The translations under genes and the position numbers were made by a program. Shown here piece by piece: positions 33,821 to 44,589 of a DNA stretch of 64,000 nucleotides. Position 1 is the first letter of the stretch. The number at the start of each line of letters is the position of its first letter. Source of the stretch: Candidatus Limnocylindrales bacterium (GTDB lineage Bacteria; Chloroflexota; Limnocylindria; Limnocylindrales; CSP1-4); NCBI GenBank assembly GCA_036555445.1, contig DATBLH010000011.1, forward strand, positions 30,528-94,527. Reading direction: 5' to 3'. The notes under the pieces were generated by a model, which did no database searches, had not been told where the DNA came from, and was given only the letters and a program-made list of their open reading frames with translations.

Positions 33821-34698
33821 CGGTCGTCGTCCCTCCCCTCGGATCCGGAGCCGGGCCGGCCGTACAGGCTCCGCCGCGCGACACCCGTCGCAGCGGCCAC
33901 CCGGCGGGCGGCCTCGCCACGCGCGATGCCGTCGGCGACGAGGCGCTCCACCTCGGCCCGGGCGCCCACGAGATCCGGGGCCGGCTTCGCCTGCGCCGCC
34001 GCACCCACGACGACCACGAACTCGCCCCGGGCCGGAATGGCACCCGACGTGATCATCTCGGCGAGCCTGCCGAAAGGCGCCCGAACGACCTGTTCGTGGA
34101 GCTTCGTCAGCTCGCGGCAGACGGCAGCCGGTCGAGCATCCCCGCAGACCGCGGCCAGATCGCGAAGGGTGGCCCCGATCCGTGTCGGCGCTTCGAACAC
34201 GACGCTCCCCCGCTCGTCGGCGGCGATCCGCGCCAGGCGGTCGCGACGCTCCCGACCGCCTCGCGGCAGGAACCCCTCGAAGGACCACCGCGGACCCGCG
34301 ATCCCGCTGACGGCCACCGCGACGGTCACGGCCGAGGCGCCGGGAATCGCTTCGACCAGGCCGTCCTCGGCGGCCCACGCCCGGACCAGGTCCTCGCCCG
34401 GATCCGACACGCCGGGCGTACCGGCATCGGTCACGACGGCAAGATCGGCACCGCCGCGAAGGTGATCGAGGAGCTCAGGCAGGCGCCCGTGGGCATTCCG
34501 GGCGTTGAAGCTCAGCGTCCGCACCCGGATCCCGAACCTTGCCAGGAGCCGGCCCGTGACGCGGGTGTCCTCGGCAGCCACGAGCGGGACCGCGCTCAGG
34601 ACGTCCAACGCCCGCTGCGTCACATCGCCCAGGTTCCCGATCGGCGTGGCCACCACGTACAGCGTGCCACGCGCGCTCGCAGGGTTGCCCGGGCTCAC
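33817..34698 (-). CDS. rsmI: 16S rRNA (cytidine1402-2'-O)-methyltransferase RsmI (GTG start)
   Basis: ORF trimmed to the GTG at 34698 (GTGA overlap with the nadE stop). Product ...GTLYVVATPIGNLGDVTQRALDVLSAVPLVAAEDTR. Confidence 0.7.
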   Translation of the reverse strand: MSPGNPASARGTLYVVATPIGNLGDVTQRALDVLSAVPLVAAEDTRVTGRLLARFGIRVRTLSFNARNAHGRLPELLDHLRGGADLAVVTDAGTPGVSDPGEDLVRAWAAEDGLVEAIPGASAVTVAVAVSGIAGPRWSFEGFLPRGGRERRDRLARIAADERGSVVFEAPTRIGATLRDLAAVCGDARPAAVCRELTKLHEQVVRAPFGRLAEMITSGAIPARGEFVVVVGAAAQAKPAPDLVGARAEVERLVADGIARGEAARRVAAATGVARRSLYGRPGSGSEGRDDDR

Positions 34699-35588
34699 TC
34701 CCTCGCGGATCCGGGGCGGCGGCGTGGGTAGAGGTAATCCACCCCGGCGGTCCGCGGGCCGAGCTTCGCGATCGGCGGCACCTGTCGCTTGAACTCGGCA
34801 CCCGCGACCAGTCGGTCCACTCGCTCCACGAGCTCCGACACGAAGCCCATCTCCGCGAGCTCGGCCGTCGACCGGCGACGGTCGATCCGCCAGTAGAGGA
34901 GCCGATCGAGCTCGTGGTAGCTGAAGCCCGCCTCGGTCTCGTCGGTCTGGCCCGGCCACAGGTCCGCCGACGGCGCCTTCCGGATGATCGCCTCCGGGAC
35001 GCCGACCGCGGCGGCGACCTGGCGAACCTGGCTCTTATACAGGTCCCCGATCGGGTTGAACGCGCACGCGCTGTCGCCGTAGATCGTCGTGTAGCCGATG
35101 AGTGATTCCGTCTTGTTGCCGGTCCCGACCACGAGGCCGCCGAACGTCACCGAGCGGTCGTAGAGGACGGCCATCCGGGTGCGAGCCATGAAGTTGCCAC
35201 GCCGGATCGGCGAAGCCTCCGGATCGGCGATGCTGTCGAAGTAGGCGTCGACCATCGCGCTGATGTCGATCACCTCCGACCGGGCGCCGAGGCGCTCGAC
35301 GACGAGCGACGCGTCCTCGACCGACGCCGACGACGAGGTCCGGTAGGGCATGAGCACGCACAACAGCTGCTCGGCCCCGATCGCCTCTGCCGCAAGGAAC
35401 GCAACGAGCGCGGAGTCGATCCCGCCCGAGAGGCCCAGGACGAGCCGTTCGAACCCGGCCTGGCGAAGCTGGCCGCGGATGAAGCCTGCGATGACGACCC
35501 GGGCGACGTCGGTATCGATCGCCAGCTCCTCGGGCAGCTCGAACAGGGGCACGCCGTCGGCTCCGACCGGCGCGGTCACGGCATTCAT
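34695..35588 (-). CDS. nadE: NAD+ synthetase, synthetase (ATP-pyrophosphatase) domain only
   Basis: 297 aa with LGLSGGIDSALVAFL (PP-loop SGGxDS). Confidence 0.9.
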   Translation of the reverse strand: MNAVTAPVGADGVPLFELPEELAIDTDVARVVIAGFIRGQLRQAGFERLVLGLSGGIDSALVAFLAAEAIGAEQLLCVLMPYRTSSSASVEDASLVVERLGARSEVIDISAMVDAYFDSIADPEASPIRRGNFMARTRMAVLYDRSVTFGGLVVGTGNKTESLIGYTTIYGDSACAFNPIGDLYKSQVRQVAAAVGVPEAIIRKAPSADLWPGQTDETEAGFSYHELDRLLYWRIDRRRSTAELAEMGFVSELVERVDRLVAGAEFKRQVPPIAKLGPRTAGVDYLYPRRRPGSARE

Positions 35589-36544
35589 GGGACGTGCTCG
35601 GGTGTGCGCGAGGGCGTGCTGCCGTCGACGGCCACGTCAAAGCCGGGTTCGGCGCCGTGCTCCGCCGTGGCATCGATCGCGACGCCCGCTCGTTCGGAGA
35701 CGATGCGCGTGAGCTCCCGGACGTTCCACTCGGGTCGCTCGTCACGGAGCATCGGGAGCGCGATCCGCTCACGTCGGACGTCCTCCAGGCGGACGTCGAC
35801 GCAGAACAGCCCTTCGTCATAGAGCGGGGCGCTGAACACCGGCTGCCCGTTCGGTGCGATCACCTCGGAGCCACCCCAGAACGAGATCGACTCGTCCACA
35901 CCAACTCGGTTGCAGAACACGACGAACGAGGTCGTCAGCTGGGCATAGGTCCGCATCAGCGTTCGCCACGAGCTTGCCGTCCCCAGTCCGACCTCGTTCG
36001 TGGCCGCGAGATCGCGCCCCGGCGACGACGACACGTTGATCAGGACCTGTGCGCCGTCGAGCGCAAGGAGCTGCGGCACGGGCAGGTGCCAGAAGTCCTC
36101 ACAGATGCCGATCCCGACGCCGACGCCCAGGCGGGACGGCGCGGCGCGCAGGACGTCTCCAGCGGCGAAGAACCGGCGCTCATCGAACAGGCCGTAGGTC
36201 GGCAGGAACAGCTTGCGATGGACATGACGCATCTCGCCGTCCTCGATCAGGGCCGCGGCGATGAACAGCCGGTGGTCCGCCGACTCCTCGACGAACGACA
36301 CCACCGCCGACAGGCCCCGGGTCTCCGCGGCGAACGTCGCCAGTCGAGGATCGTCGAGCCGGATCGCGACCTCGGCAGCCAGGTCCTGGAGGAGGTACCC
36401 GGTCAGGCCGAGCTCGGGGAACACCACCAGGGTCGCGCCCTGGTCCTTCGCCTCCGCCAGGAGCGTCCGATGGCGCTCGAGATTCTCGGCCAGCACGCCG
36501 AGTCGCGGAGCGATCTGCGCGAGCGCGATCCGGAGCGGTGCCAC
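35585..36544 (-). CDS. carbon-nitrogen hydrolase (nitrilase superfamily); likely the glutaminase partner of NadE
   Basis: 319 aa with E-K-C triad context (VVFPELGLTGY, HRKLFLP, GIGICEDFWH). ATGA overlap with the nadE start. Confidence 0.8.
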   Translation of the reverse strand: MAPLRIALAQIAPRLGVLAENLERHRTLLAEAKDQGATLVVFPELGLTGYLLQDLAAEVAIRLDDPRLATFAAETRGLSAVVSFVEESADHRLFIAAALIEDGEMRHVHRKLFLPTYGLFDERRFFAAGDVLRAAPSRLGVGVGIGICEDFWHLPVPQLLALDGAQVLINVSSSPGRDLAATNEVGLGTASSWRTLMRTYAQLTTSFVVFCNRVGVDESISFWGGSEVIAPNGQPVFSAPLYDEGLFCVDVRLEDVRRERIALPMLRDERPEWNVRELTRIVSERAGVAIDATAEHGAEPGFDVAVDGSTPSRTPEHVP

Positions 36545-36773
36545 GACTGGAGTCTACCCGGACGCGTGCGCGAACCGGGCATTGCCGATCGGCGCAGACC
36601 GGGTGAACGCCTGGGTCCACGAACAGGTAGGAATCGTGTGACGGCCGTCGCACGGGGTGTTAGGCTCTCCCGCACCCGCCACGTGCGGCCTCGCCGTGCG
36701 ATGGAATCGTGGCTCCGCGTCCGGGCGACTGGAAGAGGGTACGTCCGGTCATGGGGACCTAAGGAGGAGGAGC

Positions 36774-38504
36774 ATGTCCCGATCACCGAGGTGGTCGCTG
36801 CTCGCGTTGTTCGCGACGTCAGCGATCCTCTTCGCGGCCTGTGGCGGCGCGACGTCGCCCAGCCCGAGTGCAGCCAGCCCCAGCGCCTCCGGTCCGGCTC
36901 CGAGCAGCGGCGAGCCGTTCGACGGCGCCGTGTATCCCGAAAATGGTGAGTCGGCCTGTGGCACCGAGGGCTACAGCGGACAGATGGGCCTGATCAAGGC
37001 CACCGCTGCGAACACGGTCGAGTTCACGCTCTGTGCGCCGGACGCCGCGTTCCTGTCCAAGGTTGCGTTTACCACCCTGGGCATCCAGGACGCGGACTAT
37101 CTCACCGAGACGGGCGGCGGCGGAGACCTCATCCGCGAGCCGGTCGGCACCGGGCCCTACAAGCTCGATCACTGGACCGACGGCCAGGAGATCGTCCTCG
37201 CCACGAACGAGGACTACTGGGGCGATCCGCCCAAGACCCCGAACGCAGTGATCCGGTGGAGCGCGGAGGCCGCCCAGCGACTGGTCGAGCTCCAGTCCGG
37301 GAACGTGGATGGCATCGACAACGTCGGCGCCGACGACTTCCCGACCGTGGAGGGCGACACGAGCCTCCAGCTCAAGCCTCGGGTGGCGCTGAACATCTTC
37401 TATATCGGCTTCAACAACACGGCCGCGCCGTTCGACAAGGAAGAGGTCCGACAGGCGATCGCCATGGGCATCAACCGCCAGGAGATCGTGGACACCTTCT
37501 ATCCACCCGGCTCGGTGGTGGCGACGCACTTCACCCCGTGCGAGATCCCGGGTGGCTGCGAGGGTGAGGACTGGTACGAATTCGATGCCGCGACGGCGAA
37601 GCAGATGCTGACCGACGCCGGCTTCGACTTCAGCAAGACCTATCCGCTGAGCCTGCGCGACGTGGTGCGCGGGTATCTGCCGGAGCCGGTCACGGTCGCG
37701 ACGGCGATCCAGGCGCAGCTCAAGACCAACCTGGGCATCAACGTCTCGATCGATGTCCGCGACGAGAACACCTATCTCAACGAGGCGTCTCGCGGCGAGC
37801 TCAAGGGGATCCATCTCCTTGGCTGGGGTGCCGACTACCCCGACGTCACGAACTTCCTCGACGTCCACTTCGGCCTTGGCTCGACCGACCAGTTCGGCAC
37901 GAAGTGGGACGACATCACCGGCCCGCTCAAGGAAGGCGCCGAGACGGCCGATCAGGCAGCCCGCGAGGCCGCCTACGCGAAGGCGAACGACGCCATCAGG
38001 CAGCACGTCCCGATGATCCCGGTCGCCCACGGCGGCTCGGGGCTCGCGTTCAAGGCCGACGTCGAGGGCGCGCATTCGTCGCCGCTGGGCAACGAGGCGC
38101 TGTTCGCGATGAAGGCGGGCGACCGCGACCAGATCGTGTGGATGCAGAACGGCGAACCGGGTGGGCTCTACTGCCCGGATGAGACCGACGGCGAGTCGCT
38201 GCGGGTCTGCGAGCAGATCGTGGAGCCGCTGTACTCGTACGAGATCGGTGGCACCGCACCCATCCCGCAGCTGGCGACCGGCTGCGAGGCCAACGATGAC
38301 TCCACGGTGTGGACCTGCACGCTGCGCGATGGTGTGACGTTCCACAACGGGGCCACCCTCGACGCCAACGACGTCGTGGCCACCTTTGCGGTCCAGTGGG
38401 ACGCGGAGCATCCGCTCCACGTGGGCAAGCCCGAGAGCGGGCTGTTCGACTACTGGACGTTCCTGTTCGCCGGCTTCCTCAACCCGCCGCCACCGGCGGC
38501 CTGA
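36774..38504 (+). CDS. ABC transporter substrate-binding lipoprotein, family 5 (peptide/nickel, Opp/Dpp-type)
   Basis: ORF trimmed to the ATG at 36774, preceded by AAGGAGGAGG. Signal peptide plus lipobox MSRSPRWSLLALFATSAILFAACGG, then a Ser/Pro tether. 576 aa. Confidence 0.85.
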   Translation: MSRSPRWSLLALFATSAILFAACGGATSPSPSAASPSASGPAPSSGEPFDGAVYPENGESACGTEGYSGQMGLIKATAANTVEFTLCAPDAAFLSKVAFTTLGIQDADYLTETGGGGDLIREPVGTGPYKLDHWTDGQEIVLATNEDYWGDPPKTPNAVIRWSAEAAQRLVELQSGNVDGIDNVGADDFPTVEGDTSLQLKPRVALNIFYIGFNNTAAPFDKEEVRQAIAMGINRQEIVDTFYPPGSVVATHFTPCEIPGGCEGEDWYEFDAATAKQMLTDAGFDFSKTYPLSLRDVVRGYLPEPVTVATAIQAQLKTNLGINVSIDVRDENTYLNEASRGELKGIHLLGWGADYPDVTNFLDVHFGLGSTDQFGTKWDDITGPLKEGAETADQAAREAAYAKANDAIRQHVPMIPVAHGGSGLAFKADVEGAHSSPLGNEALFAMKAGDRDQIVWMQNGEPGGLYCPDETDGESLRVCEQIVEPLYSYEIGGTAPIPQLATGCEANDDSTVWTCTLRDGVTFHNGATLDANDVVATFAVQWDAEHPLHVGKPESGLFDYWTFLFAGFLNPPPPAA

Positions 38505-38517
38505 CAGCGATCCGCCC

Positions 38518-38549
38518 GACGGGGCGTCTCCTCACGGGGGCGCCCCGTC
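38518..38549 (+). terminator. intercistronic GC hairpin (gacggggcg...cgccccgtc) between the SBP gene and the first permease gene
   Basis: 9-bp perfect inverted repeat in the 72-nt SBP-permease gap. It could act as a partial terminator or stabiliser. Confidence 0.3.
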
Positions 38550-38576
38550 TCGCTACCCGGACCAGGTTGGGCGCCC

Positions 38577-39653
38577 GTGATCCGCTTCATCATCCGACGC
38601 GTCGTCGTCTCGATCCCGGTCCTCCTCGGGATCCTGTTCCTCGTCTTCGCGCTTGCGCGGCTCCTACCGGGTGATCCGTGCGTGGGGGCGCTGGGCGAGC
38701 GGGCGACGCCCGAGAAGTGCGCGCTCTACAACGCCCAGCACGGCCTCGATCGCCCGATCCCCGAGCAGTTCGCGGTGTACCTGGGTGAGATCGCCCGGGG
38801 CGACCTCGGGACCTCGATCGAGGAGGGCAAGCCGATCGGCGACCTCCTGATCGAGCGCCTGCCACAGACGGTCGAGCTGGCCTTCTACGCCCTCCTGTTC
38901 GCACTCGTCGTCGGCATCCCGCTCGGGATCCTGTCGGCCGCGAAGCGAAACTCGATCGTCGACGTGGGCACGATGATGCTTGCCAACCTGGGCGTGTCGA
39001 CGCCGATCTTCGTCCTCGGGCTGCTGCTGGCGTTCCTGTTCGCGATCGTCCTCAACCACACCCCGCTCGCGCTGCCGCCATCCGGCCGCCTGAGCCCGGG
39101 TGCAGAGGCCATGCCGCTGGTCGAGGCGTGGGGCCTCGAGGGGCTAGGTGGACCGCCGCGCGCGATCATCGACTTCCTGTCCAACATCTACACGCTGAAT
39201 GCGATCCTGCGCTTCGACTGGAAGCTGCTCGGGGACACCGTGCGGCACATGATCCTGCCCGCGATCACGCTGGGCACGATCCCGCTCGCGATCGTCGCCC
39301 GGATGACGCGCTCGAGCCTCCTCGACGTCCTTGGCCAGGACTACATTCGGACCGCTCGCGCAAAGGGCCTCAAGGAGCGCCTGGTCATCGTCCGCCACGG
39401 CGTCCGCAACGCGATGTTGCCGGTGGTCACGATCATCGGGCTCCAGTTCGGCGGGCTGCTGTCGGGGGCGATCCTGACGGAGACGATCTTCCGCCTCGGT
39501 GGCGTCGGCTCCCGGGTGTTCGAAGCGGTCAATGGCCGGGACTACGCGGTGATCCAGGGCTTCACCGTGGTGGTCGCCATCGGCTTCCTGATCGTCAACC
39601 TGGTCGTCGACGTCTCGTACTCCTATCTCGATCCACGCGTGAGGCTTCGCTAG
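38577..39653 (+). CDS. ABC transporter permease (DppB/OppB-like)
   Basis: 358 aa, GTG start. [26 protein letters not shown]... with six TM helices. Confidence 0.9.
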   Translation: MIRFIIRRVVVSIPVLLGILFLVFALARLLPGDPCVGALGERATPEKCALYNAQHGLDRPIPEQFAVYLGEIARGDLGTSIEEGKPIGDLLIERLPQTVELAFYALLFALVVGIPLGILSAAKRNSIVDVGTMMLANLGVSTPIFVLGLLLAFLFAIVLNHTPLALPPSGRLSPGAEAMPLVEAWGLEGLGGPPRAIIDFLSNIYTLNAILRFDWKLLGDTVRHMILPAITLGTIPLAIVARMTRSSLLDVLGQDYIRTARAKGLKERLVIVRHGVRNAMLPVVTIIGLQFGGLLSGAILTETIFRLGGVGSRVFEAVNGRDYAVIQGFTVVVAIGFLIVNLVVDVSYSYLDPRVRLR

Positions 39654-40592
39654 GTGCTCGACGCGCAGGAGGCCATGCAACTCGGGGCGACGCCGCAGAC
39701 CCGTTCCAGCGGGTTGTGGCGCGACACGCTGGGCAGCCTGCTGCGCCAGCGGAATGCCGTCGTGGGCCTCGCGATCGTGGTGTTTCTGCTCCTGGTCGCG
39801 CTGTTCGCCGACGTGCTGGCCGTCCATGGACCGGACGACGTCATGCTGGGCGTGGAACCCGGTGTCAAGAAGCGGGACGACCCGTGCATCCACCTCCTGG
39901 GGTGTCCCGCGGAGACTCCCGAGCACTGGTTCGGGACGGATGGCAACGTCCGGGACGTGTTCAGCCGCGTCGTCCACGGCGCCCGGGTGTCGCTCCAGAT
40001 CGGCGTGCTTACCGTGGGCATGGCCATCATCGTGGGCACGATCATCGGTGCGATCGCCGGCTATGTCGGCGGGTTCATCGACGACCTGCTGATGCGGTTG
40101 ATGGACGTGCTGCTGGCATTCCCTGCCCTGCTCCTGGCGATCGCGATCCTCACCGTGCTCGGGCGGGGCCTGATCAACGCCCAGCTCGCGATCGCCATCG
40201 TCGCGATCCCGATCTATGCGCGGGTCATGCGCGCCTCCGTGCTCTCGGTCCGGGAGCTCGACTATGTCACGGCGTCACGCGCCCTGGGCGAATCCGGGGC
40301 TGGCATCCTCGTCCGGCGGATCCTGCCCAACGCGCTGACTCCGCTGGTCGTGGCCGGGACCTTGGGCATCGCCGGCGCCGTGCTCGACGTCGCCGCCCTG
40401 TCGTTCGTCGGCATCGGCGCCCAGCCGCCGCTCGCCGAGTGGGGCTCGATGATCGGGGCCGAGCGGAACCAGGTGTTCACGGCACCCCACCTGATCATCT
40501 TCCCCGGCCTGGCGATCACGCTCACCGTGCTCGGCTTCAACCTGCTCGGCGACGGTCTTCGGGACGCACTCGACCCCCGCCTCAACCGATGA
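39654..40592 (+). CDS. ABC transporter permease (DppC/OppC-like)
   Basis: 312 aa, GTG start immediately after the upstream TAG. Confidence 0.9.
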   Translation: MLDAQEAMQLGATPQTRSSGLWRDTLGSLLRQRNAVVGLAIVVFLLLVALFADVLAVHGPDDVMLGVEPGVKKRDDPCIHLLGCPAETPEHWFGTDGNVRDVFSRVVHGARVSLQIGVLTVGMAIIVGTIIGAIAGYVGGFIDDLLMRLMDVLLAFPALLLAIAILTVLGRGLINAQLAIAIVAIPIYARVMRASVLSVRELDYVTASRALGESGAGILVRRILPNALTPLVVAGTLGIAGAVLDVAALSFVGIGAQPPLAEWGSMIGAERNQVFTAPHLIIFPGLAITLTVLGFNLLGDGLRDALDPRLNR

Positions 40593-41839
40593 CCGAGGAT
40601 CGCTCCGACTTCGGCGCCGGCACGGGGCCTTCCACGGAGCACCCGGACACGCTCGGTCCATCGCTCGACCAGACGATCGTCGAGGAGCTCGTCCCCGCGG
40701 CTGCTCGCAAACCCAAACGGGAGCGGGGCGAGCGGCCGCTGCTCGACGTCCGCGGCCTGCGAACCTCGTTCCACACCCGCGACGGGGTCGTCCACGCCGT
40801 GGACGGGATCGACTTCTCGGTCCACCGTGGCGAGATCGTGGGCCTGGTCGGGGAGTCCGGGTGTGGCAAGAGCGTCACCAGTCTCTCGATCCTCCGCCTC
40901 GTCGCGAAGCCCGGTCGGATCGAGGCCGGCGAGGTCCTGTTCGACGACCAGGACCTGCTGAAGCTCAGGGACGACGAGATGCGCCGGATGCGCGGCGACC
41001 GGATCTCGATGATCTTCCAGCAGCCGACCTCGTCGCTGAACCCGGTGTGGGACGTGGGCACCCAGATCGAGGAGGTGCTCCGGATCCACCGCGGGATGAA
41101 GGGCAAGGCCGCGGAGGCGCGCGCGCTCGACCTTCTGCGCCTCGTCGGCATCCCGGATCCCAAGCGCCGCCTGGGTGCCTATCCACACGAGATGTCGGGC
41201 GGCATGGCCCAACGGGTGATGATCGCGATGGCGCTGGCCTGTGAGCCCGAGCTCCTGATCGCGGACGAGCCCACCACCGCCCTCGACGTCACGATCCAGG
41301 CCCAGATCCTCGACCTGATGCGCAACCTCCGCGACGAGACCGGGACGGCGATCATCCTCATCACCCACGACCTGGGTGTCGTCGCCGAGATGTGCGACCG
41401 CGTCGCGGTCATGTATGCCGGCCAGATCGTCGAGCACACCGACGTCGCCTCACTGTTCGACGAGCCACTCCATCCGTACACGCGCGGGCTGATCGGATCG
41501 CTGCCGGTGGTCGGCGAGATCCGCGAGGAGCTGTCGGTGATCCCGGGCAGCGTGCCCAACCTCATCGACCTGCCGCGCGGCTGCCGGTTCGCGCCTCGCT
41601 GTGCGGCCAGGGAGCCGGAGAACGTGTCGCTGGCGATCGAGGTGGAGCCCAAGCTGCTGCCGGTGCGGTCGGGGCACGACGTGCGCTGCTGGCTCTATCA
41701 CGACGCTGCCGGCCGGCTCATGCCCCATGTCGCGAGCGCCGTGGCTGCAGGGTCGAGTGCGGCCGATGCCTCGGGCGCTGCGCGCCACACCGGACCTGGC
41801 GCTCGAGCCGCCCAGGCAGGCGAGCTCGTACCCGGATGA
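40589..41839 (+). CDS. oligopeptide/dipeptide ABC transporter ATP-binding protein (DppD/OppD-like) with low-complexity C-terminal tail
   Basis: ATG at 40589 (ATGA overlap). Walker A GESGCGKS, signature [10 protein letters not shown]-terminal oligopeptide-ABC CxxC region. The 903-aa track ORF 39128..41839 is a frame artefact. Confidence 0.9.
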   Translation: MTEDRSDFGAGTGPSTEHPDTLGPSLDQTIVEELVPAAARKPKRERGERPLLDVRGLRTSFHTRDGVVHAVDGIDFSVHRGEIVGLVGESGCGKSVTSLSILRLVAKPGRIEAGEVLFDDQDLLKLRDDEMRRMRGDRISMIFQQPTSSLNPVWDVGTQIEEVLRIHRGMKGKAAEARALDLLRLVGIPDPKRRLGAYPHEMSGGMAQRVMIAMALACEPELLIADEPTTALDVTIQAQILDLMRNLRDETGTAIILITHDLGVVAEMCDRVAVMYAGQIVEHTDVASLFDEPLHPYTRGLIGSLPVVGEIREELSVIPGSVPNLIDLPRGCRFAPRCAAREPENVSLAIEVEPKLLPVRSGHDVRCWLYHDAAGRLMPHVASAVAAGSSAADASGAARHTGPGARAAQAGELVPG

Positions 41840-42933
41840 CCGGCCTCGGCACGTCGAGCGCCGACGCGGCCCCGGGTCCCGGCACGGCCACCGCCCGGAA
41901 GGCAGCCGCGGGCCCGCTCATCGAGGTGGACGGCCTCGTCAAGCACTTCCCGGTCAAGGGCGGGATCCTCCAGCGGACGGTGGCGACGGTGAAGGCCGTG
42001 GACGGCGTCAGCTTCCAGGTCCGTCGCGGCGAGACCCTGGGACTCGTTGGAGAGTCGGGCTGCGGCAAGACGACGGTGGGCCGTCTCCTGCTGCGGCTGA
42101 TCGATCCGACCGCCGGCACGATCCGCTTCGACGGCACGGACATCACGAAGCTGGGTGGCCGCGCGCTGCGTCCGTATCGGCGGCGGATGCAGGTGATCTT
42201 CCAGGATCCCTATGCCTCGCTGGATCCACGGACGCCGATCGGCGACAGCATCGGTGAGGGACTGCGGGTCCACGGGCTCGGATCGAGCACGGACCGCCAG
42301 GCGAAGGTCGAGCGGATGATGGACCTGGTGGGCCTGTCGCGCCGGATCCACGCCCGCCGCTACCCGCACGAGTTCTCGGGCGGCCAGCGGCAACGGATCG
42401 GCATCGCGCGCGCCCTCGTCCTCGAGCCCGAGCTGGTCGTGTGCGACGAGCCGGTCTCCGCCCTCGACGTCTCGATCCAGGCGCAGGTGCTGAATCTCCT
42501 GGCCTCGCTCCAGCGCGAGCTCGGACTGACCTATGTGTTCATCGCCCACAACATGGGCGTCGTCGAGCACATCTCGGATCGCGTGGCGGTGATGTATCTC
42601 GGCCGGATCGCCGAGGTCGCCGAGCGACGAACGCTGTTCCGGCAACCCGCGCATCCCTACACCGAGGCGCTCCTGTCGGCCGTCCCGATCCCCGATCCCG
42701 AGCTTCGCCGGCAGCGGATCATCCTCCGCGGCGACGTGCCGTCGCCCGTCAATCCGCCACCCGGCTGCCGCTTCAATCCGCGCTGCCAGCTCCGGGCCGA
42801 GCTGGGTGGGCCCGAGATCTGCGTGACCAGCGATCCAGCGCTGGTGCCGGTCGCGGCCGGGTCGGATCACGAGGCGGCGTGTCACTTCCGGGGCGGCGGA
42901 CAGGAGGCACCCCGGGCCGCGTCCGCGGTCTAG
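41836..42933 (+). CDS. oligopeptide/dipeptide ABC transporter ATP-binding protein (DppF/OppF-like)
   Basis: ATG at 41836 (ATGA overlap). Walker [10 protein letters not shown], signature FSGGQRQRI. Confidence 0.9.
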   Translation: MTGLGTSSADAAPGPGTATARKAAAGPLIEVDGLVKHFPVKGGILQRTVATVKAVDGVSFQVRRGETLGLVGESGCGKTTVGRLLLRLIDPTAGTIRFDGTDITKLGGRALRPYRRRMQVIFQDPYASLDPRTPIGDSIGEGLRVHGLGSSTDRQAKVERMMDLVGLSRRIHARRYPHEFSGGQRQRIGIARALVLEPELVVCDEPVSALDVSIQAQVLNLLASLQRELGLTYVFIAHNMGVVEHISDRVAVMYLGRIAEVAERRTLFRQPAHPYTEALLSAVPIPDPELRRQRIILRGDVPSPVNPPPGCRFNPRCQLRAELGGPEICVTSDPALVPVAAGSDHEAACHFRGGGQEAPRAASAV

Positions 42934-42934
42934 G

Positions 42935-43483
42935 TCACTTCACCAGCACCCGCTTCATCTCGATCGCGCGGCCGGCGAGCGTACCGATGTCGGGACGAAG
43001 CGCGCCGTACAGCCGAAGGCCCTCCGCGAGCTGCTGGCTGGCGGAAGCGATGGCCGTCGCGTCGCCGGTGTCGATGGCCGTGCTCAGGGCCCGAGCACCG
43101 TCGAGCATCATCGGGAACGCGGCCTGGTACTTGGCCGCGACGGGGGCGAGCGGCGGATAGGCCGCGAGCGCCCCGACGTTGGGCTCGTTCCCAGCGATCA
43201 CGTCGGCGAGACCCGTTGCCGCGCGCCGCATGAGGTCGAGGTCCTCGGTCTGGGCCGCCCGCTGGAGATCCGCGCCCGCCTCGGCGATCTCACCATCGGC
43301 AGCGGCCAGCACGATGATCGCGTCCACCGTGCCACCCGGCCACGGCGTCGGGAGTGGCGACTCGTCCGGCCCCAGCGAGACCGACGGGCTGGGTGATGGC
43401 CTGGCGGACGGAGAACCGGCGGTGCTGCCGCAGGCGATCACGAGCAGGGCGGCAAGGATGCCCGTCGCCACCGCCCGGAACAT
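42935..43483 (-). CDS. alpha-helical lipoprotein of unknown function, last cistron of the minus-strand ABC operon
   Basis: ORF trimmed to MFRAVATGILAALLVIACGS (lipobox), then a Ser/Pro tether. Its start shares 1 nt with the stop of the upstream ATPase gene. Confidence 0.6.
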   Translation of the reverse strand: MFRAVATGILAALLVIACGSTAGSPSARPSPSPSVSLGPDESPLPTPWPGGTVDAIIVLAAADGEIAEAGADLQRAAQTEDLDLMRRAATGLADVIAGNEPNVGALAAYPPLAPVAAKYQAAFPMMLDGARALSTAIDTGDATAIASASQQLAEGLRLYGALRPDIGTLAGRAIEMKRVLVK

Positions 43484-44589
43484 CAGACGTCCTCGGCGAC
43501 CGCCGTCTCCACGACCGACTGCTGCTCGGCGAACTCGGTGGCGGCTTCGCGGGTGACGTCGTCGGTGAAGTGGCAGGCAGCCTGGTGACCGTCGCCCACG
43601 TTGCGGAGGGCCGGGTCCTCGGTCACGCAGCGCTCGGGATTGCCGAGGTTCTCCCGCAGCCAGCACCGGGTATGGAACCGGCAACCCGACGGCGGCGCAA
43701 CCGGGGAGGGCACGTCACCCTTGAGCACGAGGCGCTTCCGGCGGCGCCGTGGATCCGGGTTGGGAATCGCGGACAGGAGGGCCACCGAGTACGGGTGACG
43801 GGGCTCCTTGTACAGGGTCTCCACGTGCGCGACCTCGACGATCCGCCCGAGGTACATCACCGCGACCCGGTCGCTGAAGTATTCGATCACCGAGAGGTTG
43901 TGGCTGATGAACAGGTAGGTGAGGTTGAGCTGCCGGGCGAGGTCGAGGAGAAGGTTGAGGATCTGGCTCTGGATCGAGACGTCGAGCGCCGAGACCGGCT
44001 CGTCGCATACGACGAACGTGGGCTTGAGCGCGAGTGCCCGAGCGATGCCGATCCGTTGCCGCTGGCCGCCCGAGAACTCGTGCGGGTAGCGACGCGTGTA
44101 CTCGCGTCGCAATCCGACGGTCTCGAGGGCGTCCTCGACCTGCTTCGAGCGCTCCCGGGAGCTGCTCACCCCCTGCGCGAGCAGCCCTTCGCCGATGATG
44201 TCGCTGATCGGCATCCGCGGGTTCAGCGACCCGAACGGGTCCTGGAAGATGATCTGCATCCGGCGCCGGAGAGGCCGCAGGTCGTTGAGTGACGTGTCCG
44301 TGATGTCCCGGCCCTCGAACTCGATCCGGCCGGCGGTGGGCGGGATGAGGCGCAGGATCGTTCTCCCGAGCGTGGACTTCCCACATCCGGACTCACCGAC
44401 CAGGCTGAAGATCTCGCCCGGCTCGATCTGGAGGTCGACACCGTCGACGGCGTGGACGGTGGCCTGCTGCCGCCGGAGGATGCCGCCGTAGACCGGGAAG
44501 TGGGTCTTGAGCCCCGAGACCTTGAGCACCGGGGTGACCGGCTTGTCGCCGTCCGCCTGCTGGGCCGCTCGATCGGAAACGATGGTCAC
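43483..44589 (-). CDS. oligopeptide ABC transporter ATP-binding protein (OppF-like; GTG start)
   Basis: GTGA overlap with the OppD-like stop. Walker [10 protein letters not shown], signature FSGGQRQRI. Confidence 0.9.
   Translation of the reverse strand: MTIVSDRAAQQADGDKPVTPVLKVSGLKTHFPVYGGILRRQQATVHAVDGVDLQIEPGEIFSLVGESGCGKSTLGRTILRLIPPTAGRIEFEGRDITDTSLNDLRPLRRRMQIIFQDPFGSLNPRMPISDIIGEGLLAQGVSSSRERSKQVEDALETVGLRREYTRRYPHEFSGGQRQRIGIARALALKPTFVVCDEPVSALDVSIQSQILNLLLDLARQLNLTYLFISHNLSVIEYFSDRVAVMYLGRIVEVAHVETLYKEPRHPYSVALLSAIPNPDPRRRRKRLVLKGDVPSPVAPPSGCRFHTRCWLRENLGNPERCVTEDPALRNVGDGHQAACHFTDDVTREAATEFAEQQSVVETAVAEDV

Noticed and set aside
39128-41839. 903-aa plus-strand ORF spanning both permease genes and the ATPase
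   Set aside because: Only its last third (from the ATG at 40589) is the DppD-like ATPase. The upstream part is an out-of-frame read-through of the permease genes.
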